A stretch of DNA of 64,000 bases from contig JAGAKP010000014.1 in the NCBI GenBank assembly GCA_017625615.1, forward strand, positions 10,326 through 74,325. Direction: 5' to 3'. The position numbers and the translations under genes were made by a program. Positions 19,365 through 30,190 of the stretch are shown piece after piece (positions within the stretch are counted from its first letter, which is position 1; the number at the start of each line of letters is the position of its first letter). The notes under the pieces were generated by a model that was not told where the DNA came from, searched no databases, and was given only the letters and a program-made list of their open reading frames with translations. Source of the DNA: Clostridia bacterium (GTDB lineage Bacteria; Bacillota; Clostridia; Oscillospirales; CAG-382).

Positions 19365-21341
19365 TTACTCACTTACCTCGGGGGCTTCTACTATTTCAGC
19401 GCCCATTACGGCAAGCTCGGAAACGGAAATAAAGCCCGCCGCACCGCCTGCAGTACCGATAACACGGATACCGTTGCAGGTGATGGAATCAAAGGTGAAG
19501 GTATATTCCTCGAAATCCTCCCCAAAATCCTCTTTTGCGTTTCCGACGGGGTATTTGGGAGAGGTCTTGGTCTTAACGTCGGTCCACGTGCCGTTTATAA
19601 GTGCCTGCACGGTTATATCACCGTTGGCAAACCAACCGCCGTTATCAAAATTCATTCCCTCGGTGAATACGACGGTATCTACCTCGCACTCGGTGGTAAA
19701 CAGATATCCCACGTAATCCTTATGGGTGTTGAGATAGCCATTATAAGTATCGTACTGAGTATCAAGGCTTACGCCTGCGGCGCCGTTATTTATAATATAA
19801 ATATTCTTGTTGCCGGTGCCCGTAGGTGCGGTAACACTGCATACGGGAACCATATTGGGAGCAATATTTCTGTAGGTGCCGATAAGGCTTTCGTCTTTTT
19901 CGGCAACGTCGGTAATGGTTACGTTTTGGGAAAGAACGGTGCTGTTGCCCTGAATATCCGTTATGGTGCAGGTCACGGTATAGTCGCCTGCAACGGAATA
20001 TCTGTAGCCCGCAACGGTTTCGTGGGTAACGAATCCGTCGCCGAAATCAATAACCGTGCTTGCGATACCTGGTACAGAATATGCGGTTATATTAAGGGAG
20101 ACCATATCCTTTTCGGCGTTTACCGCAAAGGTTGCGGTAGGCGCTTCGGGCCACTGCTCGGTTTCGAGAGCGTTCGTACCTCCCGCCGGTATCTCCCAAT
20201 ATCCTTCGCGGGGAGAGGTCACACGCTGCTTCAACAGCTTTTCGGTGGCGGCAACCGCACCGCTGAGGTTATACTGCGTAAAGGAGAAGACGGTGCCGTT
20301 AAGGTCAAGGTTTGCTTTGTATTTTTCGGGAATTTTATCGTAGCCAAGCATTGCGCCAAGCACGCCGCCGACGGTGGAGGGGTTGCAATCGTTATCCTGA
20401 CCGCAGCGAAGTGCAACGGTGAGAGATTTTTCGAAATCGCCGTCGCCGTACAAAAGTCCCATAAGGACGTATGCGGCGTTGAGCTTTGCGTCTATATTGG
20501 AATCGTAGGGAGCGTAGGAGATACAACGATCGTCCTTACCCCATTTTTCCTCGATAACTGCCCAGCATTCCTCCCATTTTTTGCCCTTTTCGTATTGGGC
20601 TACCACCTGATCCATAACGGTGCGGAATTCGGTGTCCTTGGGAATGGTGTTCAGCGCGATCATAACAGCGTCACCGATATCGTCCTCGGTAAACGCCGCG
20701 GCGGTAACAGCCGCCACGAAGACGCCGCCGTAAACACCGTCGCCATAGCATATCATATGACCCAACTCATAAGCGCGGTCAGCCGCCTTTTGTGGGTCGC
20801 CGCCGCATATGAGACCGATAAAATCCGATTCTATCTGCCAATCTATATCCTCGCAGTGGAGGTTGTTGGAATAATGACCGCTTTCCGTTGCGGGAATACC
20901 CTTTATAAGGTTTTCCCTTGCCTGCTTATTGGCGTGGTCAAGGGGGTATTCGGTCTTAGCAAAGGCTTCGCCGAAAAGATCTATACCTGCGTCAAAGCCG
21001 TTTTCTTCCATAACCTTAAGGAAGGTCATTTCCACGTAAAGGTCGTCCTGCCAGAAGGCGTTATTTATATTGAGGTTGGAAAAATCAACCACGTCTTCCT
21101 CGGGCATAATCTCGCCGCGGTAGTGGAACTCCACGTCGGCGCCGTAAACCACGCCTGCCATCTGTCCCACCCAGCCGCCGAGTATCTTATCGTATATCTC
21201 CTCATCGGAGTATATTCCTTCTGCGTCGGGGTCGAAGGTGTCTTCGGATATATCGGAAATATCGTTTGCCTCGTTATCGGCACAGCCGAAAACGGAAAGG
21301 CACAAAAAGACTAAAAGAATTATCGAAAACAGTTTTTTCAT
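19365..21341 (-). CDS. ADP-ribosylglycohydrolase-family lipoprotein with PKD and C-terminal discoidin/CBM-like domains
   Basis: Lipobox VFGC; ARH motifs GGWVGQMAG, QDDLYVE, GDGVYGG, GQDNDCN; PKD IDFGDG..YSVAGDYTVT; start ATG 21341 with AAGGAG SD. Confidence 0.82.
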   Translation of the reverse strand: MKKLFSIILLVFLCLSVFGCADNEANDISDISEDTFDPDAEGIYSDEEIYDKILGGWVGQMAGVVYGADVEFHYRGEIMPEEDVVDFSNLNINNAFWQDDLYVEMTFLKVMEENGFDAGIDLFGEAFAKTEYPLDHANKQARENLIKGIPATESGHYSNNLHCEDIDWQIESDFIGLICGGDPQKAADRAYELGHMICYGDGVYGGVFVAAVTAAAFTEDDIGDAVMIALNTIPKDTEFRTVMDQVVAQYEKGKKWEECWAVIEEKWGKDDRCISYAPYDSNIDAKLNAAYVLMGLLYGDGDFEKSLTVALRCGQDNDCNPSTVGGVLGAMLGYDKIPEKYKANLDLNGTVFSFTQYNLSGAVAATEKLLKQRVTSPREGYWEIPAGGTNALETEQWPEAPTATFAVNAEKDMVSLNITAYSVPGIASTVIDFGDGFVTHETVAGYRYSVAGDYTVTCTITDIQGNSTVLSQNVTITDVAEKDESLIGTYRNIAPNMVPVCSVTAPTGTGNKNIYIINNGAAGVSLDTQYDTYNGYLNTHKDYVGYLFTTECEVDTVVFTEGMNFDNGGWFANGDITVQALINGTWTDVKTKTSPKYPVGNAKEDFGEDFEEYTFTFDSITCNGIRVIGTAGGAAGFISVSELAVMGAEIVEAPEVSE

Positions 21342-21412
21342 ATATACTGCTCCTTTCGTACCCCAAATTATACCATATTCCGACATATTTTGCAAGTACC
21401 ATATATAACGAC

Positions 21413-21442
21413 AAAAAACAGCCGATAATATCGGCTATTTTT
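21413..21442 (-). terminator. Terminator of the S10-spc-alpha operon
   Basis: AGCCGAT/ATCGGCT stem followed by a T-run on the minus strand. Confidence 0.75.
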
Positions 21443-21458
21443 AGCGTTTAATATAAAC

Positions 21459-21857
21459 TTATTTAGAAGCTTCGTCCTTCTTCTTGGAATCTGCGGTTGC
21501 GTAGATTTCCTTTGCCTTTACGAGAGCAACGATTGCCATTTCAGCGCCGTCGCCGCGTCTGGGGCCAACCTTGAGAACTCTGGTGTAGCCGCCGTTAACG
21601 CCTTCGTATGCGGGAGAGATCTCGTCAAACAGCTTCTTTACAACGCCTTCCTTCTTGAGGAATGCGAGAGCACGTCTCTTGTTTGCAAGAGTGTTGGTCT
21701 TGCCGAGAGTGATCATTTTATCGGTGAGCGCGCTTACTTCTTTTGCGCGGGTTACAGTTGTTTCTATCTGACCTTTTTCAAGCAGAAAGGTAACCATGCC
21801 CTTGAGCATTGCCATTCTGTGTGCTGTAGGTCTACCAAGTTTTCTTGTGCCGGGCAT
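21459..21857 (-). CDS. rplQ: 50S ribosomal protein L17
   Basis: RKLGR..HR..IETT..RAKE..GGYTR..RRGDGA. Confidence 0.98.
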   Translation of the reverse strand: MPGTRKLGRPTAHRMAMLKGMVTFLLEKGQIETTVTRAKEVSALTDKMITLGKTNTLANKRRALAFLKKEGVVKKLFDEISPAYEGVNGGYTRVLKVGPRRGDGAEMAIVALVKAKEIYATADSKKKDEASK

Positions 21858-21887
21858 TTTGAGTAGCCTCCTTATGAATTATTATGC

Positions 21888-22835
21888 TTAGTCGTCGGAA
21901 CGTCTCAGCGACAGTCCAAGCGACTGAAGCTTCTGGATTACTTCCTCAAGCGACTTCTTACCGAGGTTACGAACCTTGATCATATCCTCCTCGGTTCTGT
22001 TAGTAAGATCGCCCACAGTATCGATACCTGCACGTTTAAGGCAGTTAAAGGATCTGACGGACATATCGAGCTCTTCGATGGACATTTCGAGTACCTTTTC
22101 CTTTACGGTCTCTTCTCTGTCTACCATGATCTCGGTATTCTTTGCTTCTGCAGAGAGATCTATGAACAGGTTGAGGTGCTCACTCAGTATCTTTGCGGCG
22201 AGGGAAACTGCTTCCTTCGCGTTGATGGTACCGTTGGTGGTCACTTCAAGAGTCAGTTTGTCGAAGTCGGTTATGTTGCCGACGCGAGTGTTGGACACCG
22301 TATAGTTTACGTTATATACGGGTGTGAAGATCGAATCTGTATAGATGACGCCGATTATAGGTGCACCGAGCTGCTTGTTCTTGTCCGAGGAAACGTATCC
22401 TCTGCCGTGGTCGAAGGTAAGCTCCATATAGAAGGGAGCGCCGTCTTCTACGGTAGCGATATGATGCTCGGGATTAAGAATCTCGATGTCGGAATCGCAC
22501 TGAATGTCGCCTGCGGTTACGTTTCCGCCGTGTGCGTTGATAATAACCGTCTTGGGGCTCTGGCTGTAAAGCTTTGCAACGATACCCTTGACATTGAGGA
22601 CGATTTCCGTAACGTCTTCTTTAACTCCGGGAACGGTGGAGATCTCGTGCAGAACGCCGTCGATCTTTATGCTGGTTGTAGCAACACCGGGGAGTGAACT
22701 GAGCAGTACTCTGCGAAGGGAATTACCAAGGGTAATTCCGTAACCGCGTTCAAGGGGTTCAATTACAAAAGTGCCGTGTTTGCCATCTTCGCTGATCTCG
22801 ACAGTTGCGATGTTCGGTCTTTCGATTTCTATCAT
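21888..22835 (-). CDS. rpoA: RNA polymerase alpha subunit
   Basis: [17 protein letters not shown]; alpha-[16 protein letters not shown]. Confidence 0.99.
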   Translation of the reverse strand: MIEIERPNIATVEISEDGKHGTFVIEPLERGYGITLGNSLRRVLLSSLPGVATTSIKIDGVLHEISTVPGVKEDVTEIVLNVKGIVAKLYSQSPKTVIINAHGGNVTAGDIQCDSDIEILNPEHHIATVEDGAPFYMELTFDHGRGYVSSDKNKQLGAPIIGVIYTDSIFTPVYNVNYTVSNTRVGNITDFDKLTLEVTTNGTINAKEAVSLAAKILSEHLNLFIDLSAEAKNTEIMVDREETVKEKVLEMSIEELDMSVRSFNCLKRAGIDTVGDLTNRTEEDMIKVRNLGKKSLEEVIQKLQSLGLSLRRSDD

Positions 22836-22874
22836 TATATAAACCTCCTTATAGGTTCGGGCTTAATTTACGCC

Positions 22875-23507
22875 TTATTTGGAGTACAACTCGACGATGA
22901 GATGCTCTTCGATGGGGAAATCTACGTCTGCACGAGTGGGCAGCTCGGAGATAGTTGCCTGGATGTTTTCTTTATCCATATCGATCCAAGCGGGTACCTG
23001 CCTTGCGGAGATATTCTCGATAAGCATTTTAATCTTTTCAGACTTGCGGCTTGCTTCTCTGAGGGTGATTACGTCGCCCTTCTTAAGAATAACGGAAGGA
23101 ATATCTACCTTCTTGCCGTTTACTCTGAAGTGGCCGTGAAGTACGAGCTGACGTGCTTCGCGACGGCTCTCTGCCATACCCATACGGTATACGACATTAT
23201 CCAACCTTCTTTCGATGGTGGTGAGCAGGTTTTCACCGGTCTGACCGGGCTTTTTGTCTGCCTTTACGAAATAGGTCTTAAACTGCTTCTCCAGGATACC
23301 GTAGTACCTCTTTGCCTTCTGCTTCTCACGGAGCTGAAGACCGTATTCCTTGGTTCTCTTTCTTCCGCCGGCTGCGCCGTGCTGTCCGGGTACCTGACCT
23401 CTGCGGGCTACGGCACACTTATCGGAATAGCATCTTTCGCCTTTAAGGAAGAGTTTGGTGCCTTCTCTGCGGCACAGTCTGCAAGCGGGACCAGTATATC
23501 TTGCCAT
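22875..23507 (-). CDS. rpsD: 30S ribosomal protein S4
   Basis: [31 protein letters not shown]. Confidence 0.99.
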   Translation of the reverse strand: MARYTGPACRLCRREGTKLFLKGERCYSDKCAVARRGQVPGQHGAAGGRKRTKEYGLQLREKQKAKRYYGILEKQFKTYFVKADKKPGQTGENLLTTIERRLDNVVYRMGMAESRREARQLVLHGHFRVNGKKVDIPSVILKKGDVITLREASRKSEKIKMLIENISARQVPAWIDMDKENIQATISELPTRADVDFPIEEHLIVELYSK

Positions 23508-23523
23508 TACAATTCCTCCGTAA

Positions 23524-23922
23524 TTAAACGCGTCTTCTCTTGGGCGGTCTGCAACCGTTGTGAGGGATCGGCGTTACATCTTTAATCATAGTGATCTCAA
23601 GTCCTGCAACCTGAAGTGCGCGGATCGCTGCTTCTCTGCCCTGACCGGGACCCTTGACGAATACTTCTACAGTCTTAAGACCGTGCTCCATTGCTGCCTT
23701 AGCTGCGGTTTCTGCTGCCATCTGAGCTGCGAAAGGAGTGGACTTACGGGAGCCTCTGTAACCGAGCTCGCCCGCGGAAGCCCAAGAAATTGCGTTTCCG
23801 TTGGTATCGGAAATAGTTACTATAGTGTTATTGAAGCTGGAGCGAATATGTGCCGCACCGCGTTCAATATTCTTGCGCTCGCGGCGCTTCTTGGTAACAA
23901 CCTTTTTCTGCTGCTTAGCCAT
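23524..23922 (-). CDS. rpsK: 30S ribosomal protein S11
   Basis: [25 protein letters not shown]. Confidence 0.99.
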   Translation of the reverse strand: MAKQQKKVVTKKRRERKNIERGAAHIRSSFNNTIVTISDTNGNAISWASAGELGYRGSRKSTPFAAQMAAETAAKAAMEHGLKTVEVFVKGPGQGREAAIRALQVAGLEITMIKDVTPIPHNGCRPPKRRRV

Positions 23923-23941
23923 TTTGCGTTTTTTCCTCCTA

Positions 23942-24310
23942 TTACTTCTTCTTGTTTGCGATGGTCTTTACGGGACCTTTTCTTGTTCTCGCGTTGGTCT
24001 TGGTTCTCTGTCCTCTTACGGGGAGACCCTTTCTGTGACGCTGACCGCGATAGCAATCGATCTCGACCATTCTCTTGATATTGAGTGCTACATCTCTTCT
24101 GAGATCGCCCTCTACAACGTAATCGTTTTCGATAACCTCACGAAGCTTTGCTACATCGTCCTCGGTAAGATCCTTTACACGGGTATCGGGGTTGATGCCG
24201 GTCTTCTTGAGTATTTCATTGGAGCGGCTTCTGCCTATACCATAGATATAGCAAAGACCGATCTCTACACGTTTTGCATTGGGCAAATCTACGCCGGAAA
24301 TACGAGCCAT
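23942..24310 (-). CDS. rpsM: 30S ribosomal protein S13
   Basis: [28 protein letters not shown]. Confidence 0.99.
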   Translation of the reverse strand: MARISGVDLPNAKRVEIGLCYIYGIGRSRSNEILKKTGINPDTRVKDLTEDDVAKLREVIENDYVVEGDLRRDVALNIKRMVEIDCYRGQRHRKGLPVRGQRTKTNARTRKGPVKTIANKKK

Positions 24311-24325
24311 ATTTACACCTCTCTC

Positions 24326-24439
24326 TTAGCCTTGCTTCTGCTTGTGCTTGGGATTTTCGCAGATTACCATGATTTTACCTTTTCTCTTGATAATCTTGCA
24401 CTTCTCGCATATTTTCTTTACGGAAGGTTTCACTTTCAT
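24326..24439 (-). CDS. rpmJ: 50S ribosomal protein L36 (zinc-binding form)
   Basis: Below the ORF-track cutoff; translates as [37 protein letters not shown]. Confidence 0.97.
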   Translation of the reverse strand: MKVKPSVKKICEKCKIIKRKGKIMVICENPKHKQKQG

Positions 24440-24471
24440 ATTATTACTGCCTCCATATCAGTTAGCATTGT

Positions 24472-24690
24472 TTATTTGGAACGATAGGTTATTCTGCCCT
24501 GTGTAAGGTCGTAGATGGAAACCTCTACGGTAACCTTGTCACCCGGATATATTTTTATATAATGCATACGCATCTTTCCGGATATATGGGCGGTAACCAT
24601 ATGACCGTTGTTAAGTCTGACTTTGAAAACCGTGTTGGGGAGTAACTCCGTAACAACGCCTTCAAACTCAATAACATCGTCTTTTACCAG
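24472..24690 (-). CDS. infA: Translation initiation factor IF-1 (CTG start)
   Basis: Translates as (M)[71 protein letters not shown], 72 aa; AAGGAGG 7 nt before CTG. Confidence 0.95.
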   Translation of the reverse strand: MVKDDVIEFEGVVTELLPNTVFKVRLNNGHMVTAHISGKMRMHYIKIYPGDKVTVEVSIYDLTQGRITYRSK

Positions 24691-24692
24691 AA

Positions 24693-24959
24693 CTATTCCT
24701 CCTTGTTGTCATGCGACTCTTTATATTCGTTAATGGCTTCCCGAATGAATCGGTTGGTCATTTTCTCGATTTCGAGCCGCGGCGCATCTGCAATTAACCG
24801 TATGTGTTTAAGTTTTTTTCGTTTAGGGGCTTCAACCTTACGTATTCTGCCGTCTGCTACAAGCAGGAATCCCTCTTCGGTCTTTCCTACTACATAGGCA
24901 TACATACCGCAGTCGCGCCCTGCTACGGACTTAACCATACTGCATAAATGAATATCCAT
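24693..24959 (-). CDS. KOW-domain RNA-binding protein (L14e-like)
   Basis: [27 protein letters not shown]; usual position between map and infA. Confidence 0.9.
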   Translation of the reverse strand: MDIHLCSMVKSVAGRDCGMYAYVVGKTEEGFLLVADGRIRKVEAPKRKKLKHIRLIADAPRLEIEKMTNRFIREAINEYKESHDNKEE

Positions 24960-24977
24960 AATAAGTTGAATTTAACC

Positions 24978-25727
24978 TCAATTCTCGTCGGTCAGTATGA
25001 CGGGGCCGTTTTCCGTTATCGCTATGGTGTTTTCATAGTGAGAGGAAAGCTTGCCGTCAAGTGTTACGACCGTCCAGTTGTTTGAAAGGGTCTTTACCTG
25101 CCAGGTGCCCATATTTACCATAGGCTCCACTGCAATGGTCATACCCTCGCAAAGTCTCGGTCCACGTCCCGCTCTGCCGAAATTGGGCACCTCGGGGTCC
25201 TCGTGGAGATTTGTTCCTATACCGTGTCCCACGAAATCGCGGACCATGGTGTAGCCGAACGGGGTTACATACTGCTCAATAGCGTTGGATATATCGCCGA
25301 TACGGTTGCCGGGCACAGCTAATTCGATACCCTTGAAGAAGCTCTCCTTGGTAACGTCTATAAGCTGTTTTGCCTCGGAACTTGTGTCCCCCACCACGTA
25401 GGTGCAGGCACAGTCACCGTGGTAGCCCTTATAATAGGCACCCACGTCTATCTTGACGATATCACCGTTTCTGAGTTCTCTGTCTGACGGGATACCGTGG
25501 ATTACCTCCTCGTTGACGCTTATACACGCCGATGCGGGGAATCCGCCGTATCCGAGAAAGGAAGGGTGAGCTCCGTGCGAACGGATGACTGAACGTATCT
25601 TGCTATCTATATAGCGGGTGGTGACACCCTCTTTGATATATTCGCCTGCCGTCGCACGTGCTATCGCCGCAATTCTGCCTGCGTCGCGCATCCGCGCGAT
25701 TTCGGCCTTTGTCTTTACAGTTATCAT
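24978..25727 (-). CDS. map: Methionine aminopeptidase type I
   Basis: CISVNEEVIHGIP, DVG..GYHGD, GHGIG..HEDP, HYENT; ATGA overlap with the adk stop. Confidence 0.97.
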   Translation of the reverse strand: MITVKTKAEIARMRDAGRIAAIARATAGEYIKEGVTTRYIDSKIRSVIRSHGAHPSFLGYGGFPASACISVNEEVIHGIPSDRELRNGDIVKIDVGAYYKGYHGDCACTYVVGDTSSEAKQLIDVTKESFFKGIELAVPGNRIGDISNAIEQYVTPFGYTMVRDFVGHGIGTNLHEDPEVPNFGRAGRGPRLCEGMTIAVEPMVNMGTWQVKTLSNNWTVVTLDGKLSSHYENTIAITENGPVILTDEN

Positions 25728-26356
25728 ATGCAAAGCGCTTGCTTTACGAGACGAGTGGTTTCCTCTACACCCTCCTGGGTTTCGATACTCTTAACGAGTC
25801 CCTTTTCGGTGTAGTACGTGAGAACGGGTTCGGTCTCTACGTGGTAGGTATCCAAACGGCTCTTTACTACCTCGGGAGCGTCATCCTTACGGATTATAAG
25901 GTCTGCACCGCACTTATCGCAGGTTTTGTTATCCTTGGTAGGATTATAAACCAAGTGATAGGAAGCGCCGCATACACCGCAAAGACGTCTGCCGCTGAGG
26001 CGTTCTACGATCTTCTCATCGGATGCAACGATGGAAAGTACGGTATCTATCTTCTGTCCCATAGCGTCCAGTGCTTCTGCCTGAGCTACGGTACGGGGAA
26101 AGCCGTCCAGAATGTAGCCGTTCTTGCAGTCATCTGCAGCGAGACGGTCACGGATGATACCGATAACCACTTCGTCGGGAACCAGGCTGCCGGATTCCAT
26201 AGCGGATTTGGCAGCCAGCCCCATAGGAGTTTCGTTCTTAACCGCTTCTCTCAAAGCGGCTCCCGTGGAAATGGTGGGAATGTTAAGGCAGTTGCTTATA
26301 ATGTCTGCCTGTGTGCCCTTGCCGGCACCGGGAGGGCCAAAGAATATTATATTCAT
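25724..26356 (-). CDS. adk: Adenylate kinase
   Basis: GPPGAGKGTQA, LDGFPRT, zinc LID CGVC..CDKC. Confidence 0.98.
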   Translation of the reverse strand: MNIIFFGPPGAGKGTQADIISNCLNIPTISTGAALREAVKNETPMGLAAKSAMESGSLVPDEVVIGIIRDRLAADDCKNGYILDGFPRTVAQAEALDAMGQKIDTVLSIVASDEKIVERLSGRRLCGVCGASYHLVYNPTKDNKTCDKCGADLIIRKDDAPEVVKSRLDTYHVETEPVLTYYTEKGLVKSIETQEGVEETTRLVKQALCI

Positions 26357-26369
26357 TTATATCTCCCAA

Positions 26370-27680
26370 TTAGTCTTCCAGGAAGCCCTTGTAATGACGC
26401 ATTGTGATCTGGCTTTCAAGGCTGCGGGCAGTTTCGATAGCTACACCGACAACGATGATGATGGAGGTTCCGCCAAGTGTGAAGTTGGTGAACGCAGGAA
26501 CGCCGGTCCATGCGAGCATTATGGGGATTATTACCAGTATTGCCAGAGCGATTGCGCCCATAAGGGTTACTCTGTCAAGTACCTTCTTGATATATGCCGC
26601 TGTAGGTTCGCCGGGACGGTAGCCCATGATAGTGCCGCCGTTTTTCTTGAGGTTGTTTGCAACCTCTACCGGATCGAAGATAGTGGATATATAGAAGTAA
26701 GCAAATGCTACGATCAGTATGAAGTAGATAAGCGCGTAGATCGCACCGCCGGGAAGCACGCCGGGGTTAAACCAGCTGTTGAAGAATTCGCTATCCTGCC
26801 AAGAGGGGAACCACTGTGCCAAGGTAGCGGGGATGGAAACCAGCGCCTGAGCGAAGATTACGGGAAGAACGCCTGCCATCATAACCTTGATGGGAAGGTT
26901 GGTGTTCATACCGCCGTAAACCTTTCTGCCTACGGTACGCTTTGCATACTGAACGGGAAGTCTTCTCTCAGCCTCGTTGATAACAACTACGAAGATGATG
27001 GTTGCAAGCATGAGGATGAGAAGGATTACCATCCAAGGGACCTGGGAGAAATCCCAAGTTCCGTTGAAGTGGATCATAGCCCACATTCTGGTGAACATGC
27101 TGGGGAAGCTTGCGACGATGTTTACGAACAGCAGAACGGAGATACCGTTGCCGATGCCATTTTCGTCGATCTTTTCGCCCAACCACATTACCATCATTGC
27201 ACCTGCGGTATAAGCGGCAACGATGAGAACTGCAGCAGCCCAGTGATCTTCAGTGAGAGCGCCGAGGCTCTTCATGGTGAGATAGTAGCCGATAGCAGTG
27301 ATTATTGCCAGACCGATGGTGGTGTAACGGGTGATCTTGTTTATCTTCTTCTGACCTTCGGGACCGCTCTTGGAAAGCTCGCCGAGCTTAGGGAACGCGA
27401 CGCCCAGAAGCTGAATAACTATAGATGCTGTGATGTAAGGAGAAATGCTAAGTGCGAACAGATTTCCTTTTGCGAAGGCGTCGCCGCTCAGCATATTGAA
27501 GTAGCCGAAGAGAGATCCTTGCATGGTGGAAGAGCTGAACAAGGAATCCAGTGCTTCCGCGCTGAAGAAGGGTACGGGAACCGCACTACCCAGACGGAAC
27601 AGCAGGATTATGATCAGAGTAAAGATTATCTTCTTTCTGAGATCAGCTATTTTCCAAGCGTTCTTAAATACACTGAACAT
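26370..27680 (-). CDS. secY: Preprotein translocase SecY
   Basis: PYITASIVIQLL, GIGNGISV, GYRPG, GGTSIIIVVGV. Confidence 0.98.
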   Translation of the reverse strand: MFSVFKNAWKIADLRKKIIFTLIIILLFRLGSAVPVPFFSAEALDSLFSSSTMQGSLFGYFNMLSGDAFAKGNLFALSISPYITASIVIQLLGVAFPKLGELSKSGPEGQKKINKITRYTTIGLAIITAIGYYLTMKSLGALTEDHWAAAVLIVAAYTAGAMMVMWLGEKIDENGIGNGISVLLFVNIVASFPSMFTRMWAMIHFNGTWDFSQVPWMVILLILMLATIIFVVVINEAERRLPVQYAKRTVGRKVYGGMNTNLPIKVMMAGVLPVIFAQALVSIPATLAQWFPSWQDSEFFNSWFNPGVLPGGAIYALIYFILIVAFAYFYISTIFDPVEVANNLKKNGGTIMGYRPGEPTAAYIKKVLDRVTLMGAIALAILVIIPIMLAWTGVPAFTNFTLGGTSIIIVVGVAIETARSLESQITMRHYKGFLED

Positions 27681-28120
27681 TATTCCACCTCAGCCTTTCC
27701 GCCTGCGGCTTCGATCTTCTCCTTAGCCGAAGCAGAGAAAGCTGCAGCTTTCACGGTAAGTGCCTTAGTAAGCTCACCGTTGCCGAGAACCTTGAGTCCG
27801 TCGAACTCGTTCTTTACAACGCCTTCAGCGAGAAGAACACTGAGGTCTACTACGGTACCGTTATCAAACTGGTTGAGTTGTTCAAGATTTACGTTAACGT
27901 ATTTGGTTGCGAAATGATTTTTAAAACCTCTCTTAGGAAGTTTACGGTAGATAGGAAGCTGGCCGCCTTCGAAACCGGGTCTTACACCGCCGCCGGTACG
28001 AGCGTTCTGGCCCTTATGGCCCTTGCCTGCTGTTTTACCGTTACCGCTTCCTGCGCCTCTGCCTTTTCTGAAACGGGCTTTAACTGCGCCGGTAGCGGGA
28101 GAAAGTTCGTGAAGCTTCAT
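27680..28120 (-). CDS. rplO: 50S ribosomal protein L15
   Basis: [18 protein letters not shown]; start at MKLHEL. Confidence 0.98.
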   Translation of the reverse strand: MKLHELSPATGAVKARFRKGRGAGSGNGKTAGKGHKGQNARTGGGVRPGFEGGQLPIYRKLPKRGFKNHFATKYVNVNLEQLNQFDNGTVVDLSVLLAEGVVKNEFDGLKVLGNGELTKALTVKAAAFSASAKEKIEAAGGKAEVE

Positions 28121-28139
28121 TTTTGTGTCCTCCCTTTTA

Positions 28140-28322
28140 TTACTCAGCATCCTCGACAGAGATCAGGTGAGAGATCACGTTGATCTTGCCGTCGATGAGA
28201 GGATTTCTCTCGGTTACCTTGAAGTCGCCGATCTTATTGAGACCGAGGGACTTTGCGGTGAGGATCTGGTTCTTCTTGTGGCCGATGAGGCTTCTGGTGA
28301 GAGTTATCTTTACTTTTGCCAT
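28140..28322 (-). CDS. rpmD: 50S ribosomal protein L30
   Basis: [14 protein letters not shown]; start at MAKVK. Confidence 0.95.
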   Translation of the reverse strand: MAKVKITLTRSLIGHKKNQILTAKSLGLNKIGDFKVTERNPLIDGKINVISHLISVEDAE

Positions 28323-28335
28323 CTTCGTGTCCTCC

Positions 28336-28836
28336 TTATTTAACAGCTTCAACGGGAATGCCGCGCTTTGCTGCTACCTGCTCAACAGTGCTGAGAGAAG
28401 TAAGAGCGTCGAAGGTTGCCTTGACAACGTTCACCGGGTTGTTGGAACGAAGGGACTTACCGCGGATATCACGGATACCTGCGATGTCGAGAACTGCACG
28501 CATAGTGCCGCCGGCGATGATACCGGTACCGGGTGCTGCGGGCTTGAGAAGAACTCTGCCTGCACCGTATTCACCGATGATCTCGTGGGGGATGGTAGTG
28601 CCGTTGAGGGAAACCTCAACAACGTTTTTCTTTGCAGCCTCAAGTGCCTTTTTAATTGCATCGGGTACTTCGGCAGCCTTGCCGAGACCGTAGCCTACGT
28701 GACCCTGACCGTCGCCTACAACAACCAGTGCGGAGAATCTTGCGATACGACCGCCCTTTACGGTTTTGCTTACGCGCTTGGTATTAATAAGGGTCTCTTT
28801 GAATTCGATGTTAGAGTAATCAACTTTTTTAGCCAT
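28336..28836 (-). CDS. rpsE: 30S ribosomal protein S5
   Basis: [18 protein letters not shown]. Confidence 0.98.
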   Translation of the reverse strand: MAKKVDYSNIEFKETLINTKRVSKTVKGGRIARFSALVVVGDGQGHVGYGLGKAAEVPDAIKKALEAAKKNVVEVSLNGTTIPHEIIGEYGAGRVLLKPAAPGTGIIAGGTMRAVLDIAGIRDIRGKSLRSNNPVNVVKATFDALTSLSTVEQVAAKRGIPVEAVK

Positions 28837-28845
28837 CTTATCCTC

Positions 28846-29205
28846 CTAAAACTTCAAACCGGCTTCGCGTGCCGCGTTGGCAAGCTCAAGCACTCTGCCG
28901 TGGAAGAGATAGCCGCCTCTGTCGAACACTACTTCGGTAATGTTCTTTTCCAGAGCTCTCTTTGCCACGAGTTCGCCAACCTTCTTTGCAGCCTCTTTGT
29001 TGCCGCCGGAAGTGCCAAACTCTTTTTCGGTGCTGGAAGCGGATACTAAGGTGTTGCCTACAGTATCATCGATGATCTGAGCGTAAATGTTATTTTCGGA
29101 GCGATAAACGCAAAGACGGGGTCTTGCGGGAGTGCCAAAGATCTTAGCTCTTACTCTCTTATGTCTTTGCAGACGCTTCTTATTGCTGTCTGTACGGGTT
29201 ACCAT
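28846..29205 (-). CDS. rplR: 50S ribosomal protein L18
   Basis: [23 protein letters not shown]. Confidence 0.98.
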   Translation of the reverse strand: MVTRTDSNKKRLQRHKRVRAKIFGTPARPRLCVYRSENNIYAQIIDDTVGNTLVSASSTEKEFGTSGGNKEAAKKVGELVAKRALEKNITEVVFDRGGYLFHGRVLELANAAREAGLKF

Positions 29206-29225
29206 AATTCACACTCTCCTTTCGT

Positions 29226-29765
29226 TTACTTCGCGGCCTTGCCGACCTTACGTCTTATCTTTTCATCAGAGTACTTAATACCCTTGCCAAGATAAGGTTC
29301 AGGAGGACGCTTAGCTCTTATCTCTGCTGCGAGCTGACCAACCTGCTGCTTGTTGATGCCGTTAACTACAACGGTGTTGGAGTTGGGACACTCAAATACG
29401 ATGCCTTCGGGCTGATCGAACACTACGTTGTGGGAGAAACCGATATTGAGTACGAGCTGCTTGCCCTGTACTGCTGCTCTGTAACCAACGCCGTTGATTT
29501 CAAGAGTCTTCTTGTAGCCTTCGGTAACGCCTACTACCATGTTGTTGATAAGAGTTCTGGTGAGGCCGTGGAGAGATCTGTTGGCCTTCTCGTCGTCGGG
29601 ACGGGAAACGTGTACAACGCCTGCGCCAACTTCAATGATCATCTCGGGTCTGAGCTGCTGTGTAAGGGTACCCTTGGGGCCCTTAACGGTAACTACGTTG
29701 TTTTCGGTAACGTCTACGGTTACACCTGCGGGGATGGTTATGGGGGCTCTGCCTATTCTTGACAT
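29226..29765 (-). CDS. rplF: 50S ribosomal protein L6
   Basis: MSRIG..KGPKGTL..PEPYLGKGIKY. Confidence 0.98.
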   Translation of the reverse strand: MSRIGRAPITIPAGVTVDVTENNVVTVKGPKGTLTQQLRPEMIIEVGAGVVHVSRPDDEKANRSLHGLTRTLINNMVVGVTEGYKKTLEINGVGYRAAVQGKQLVLNIGFSHNVVFDQPEGIVFECPNSNTVVVNGINKQQVGQLAAEIRAKRPPEPYLGKGIKYSDEKIRRKVGKAAK

Positions 29766-29777
29766 TTTGTTACCTCC

Positions 29778-30176
29778 TTACCATACGAAGGCGAGAACTT
29801 CGCCGCCGACGTTTTCCTTGCGAGCGCGCTTATCGGTCATGATACCCTTGCTGGTGGACACGATAGCGATGCCGAGGCCGTTTCTGACTCTGGGCATATC
29901 TTCGCAAGAAGCATAAATTCTGAGGCCGGGCTTGGAGACTCTGCGAAGACCTTCGATGATTCTCTTCTTGCCGGGGCCGTATTTAAGGGTGACAGTGATA
30001 ACACCCTGCTTGTTGTCTTCCTTGCACTCGTAGCCGGCAATATAGCCTTCCTCGAGGAGGATCTGAGCGATAGACTTCTTCAGATTGGAGGCAGGAATAT
30101 CAACGGTATCGTGCTTTGCGATGTTCGCATTGCGGATTCTGGTGAGCATATCTGCTACTACATCAGTAATTTGCAT
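29778..30176 (-). CDS. rpsH: 30S ribosomal protein S8
   Basis: [27 protein letters not shown]. Confidence 0.98.
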   Translation of the reverse strand: MQITDVVADMLTRIRNANIAKHDTVDIPASNLKKSIAQILLEEGYIAGYECKEDNKQGVITVTLKYGPGKKRIIEGLRRVSKPGLRIYASCEDMPRVRNGLGIAIVSTSKGIMTDKRARKENVGGEVLAFVW

Positions 30177-30190
30177 TGTTTATTCCTCCT

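Noticed and set aside
19722-21314. 530-aa ORF opposite the ARH gene
   Set aside because: Antisense shadow of a gene with clear domain motifs.
24311-24692. Apparent absence of infA and rpmJ from the ORF track
   Set aside because: Both are present: rpmJ is below the length cutoff and infA has a CTG start.
26124-27917. 597-aa ORF antisense to adk/secY/rplO, and similar antisense ORFs across the ribosomal operon
   Set aside because: Expected from codon bias of highly expressed genes; no independent coding signal.
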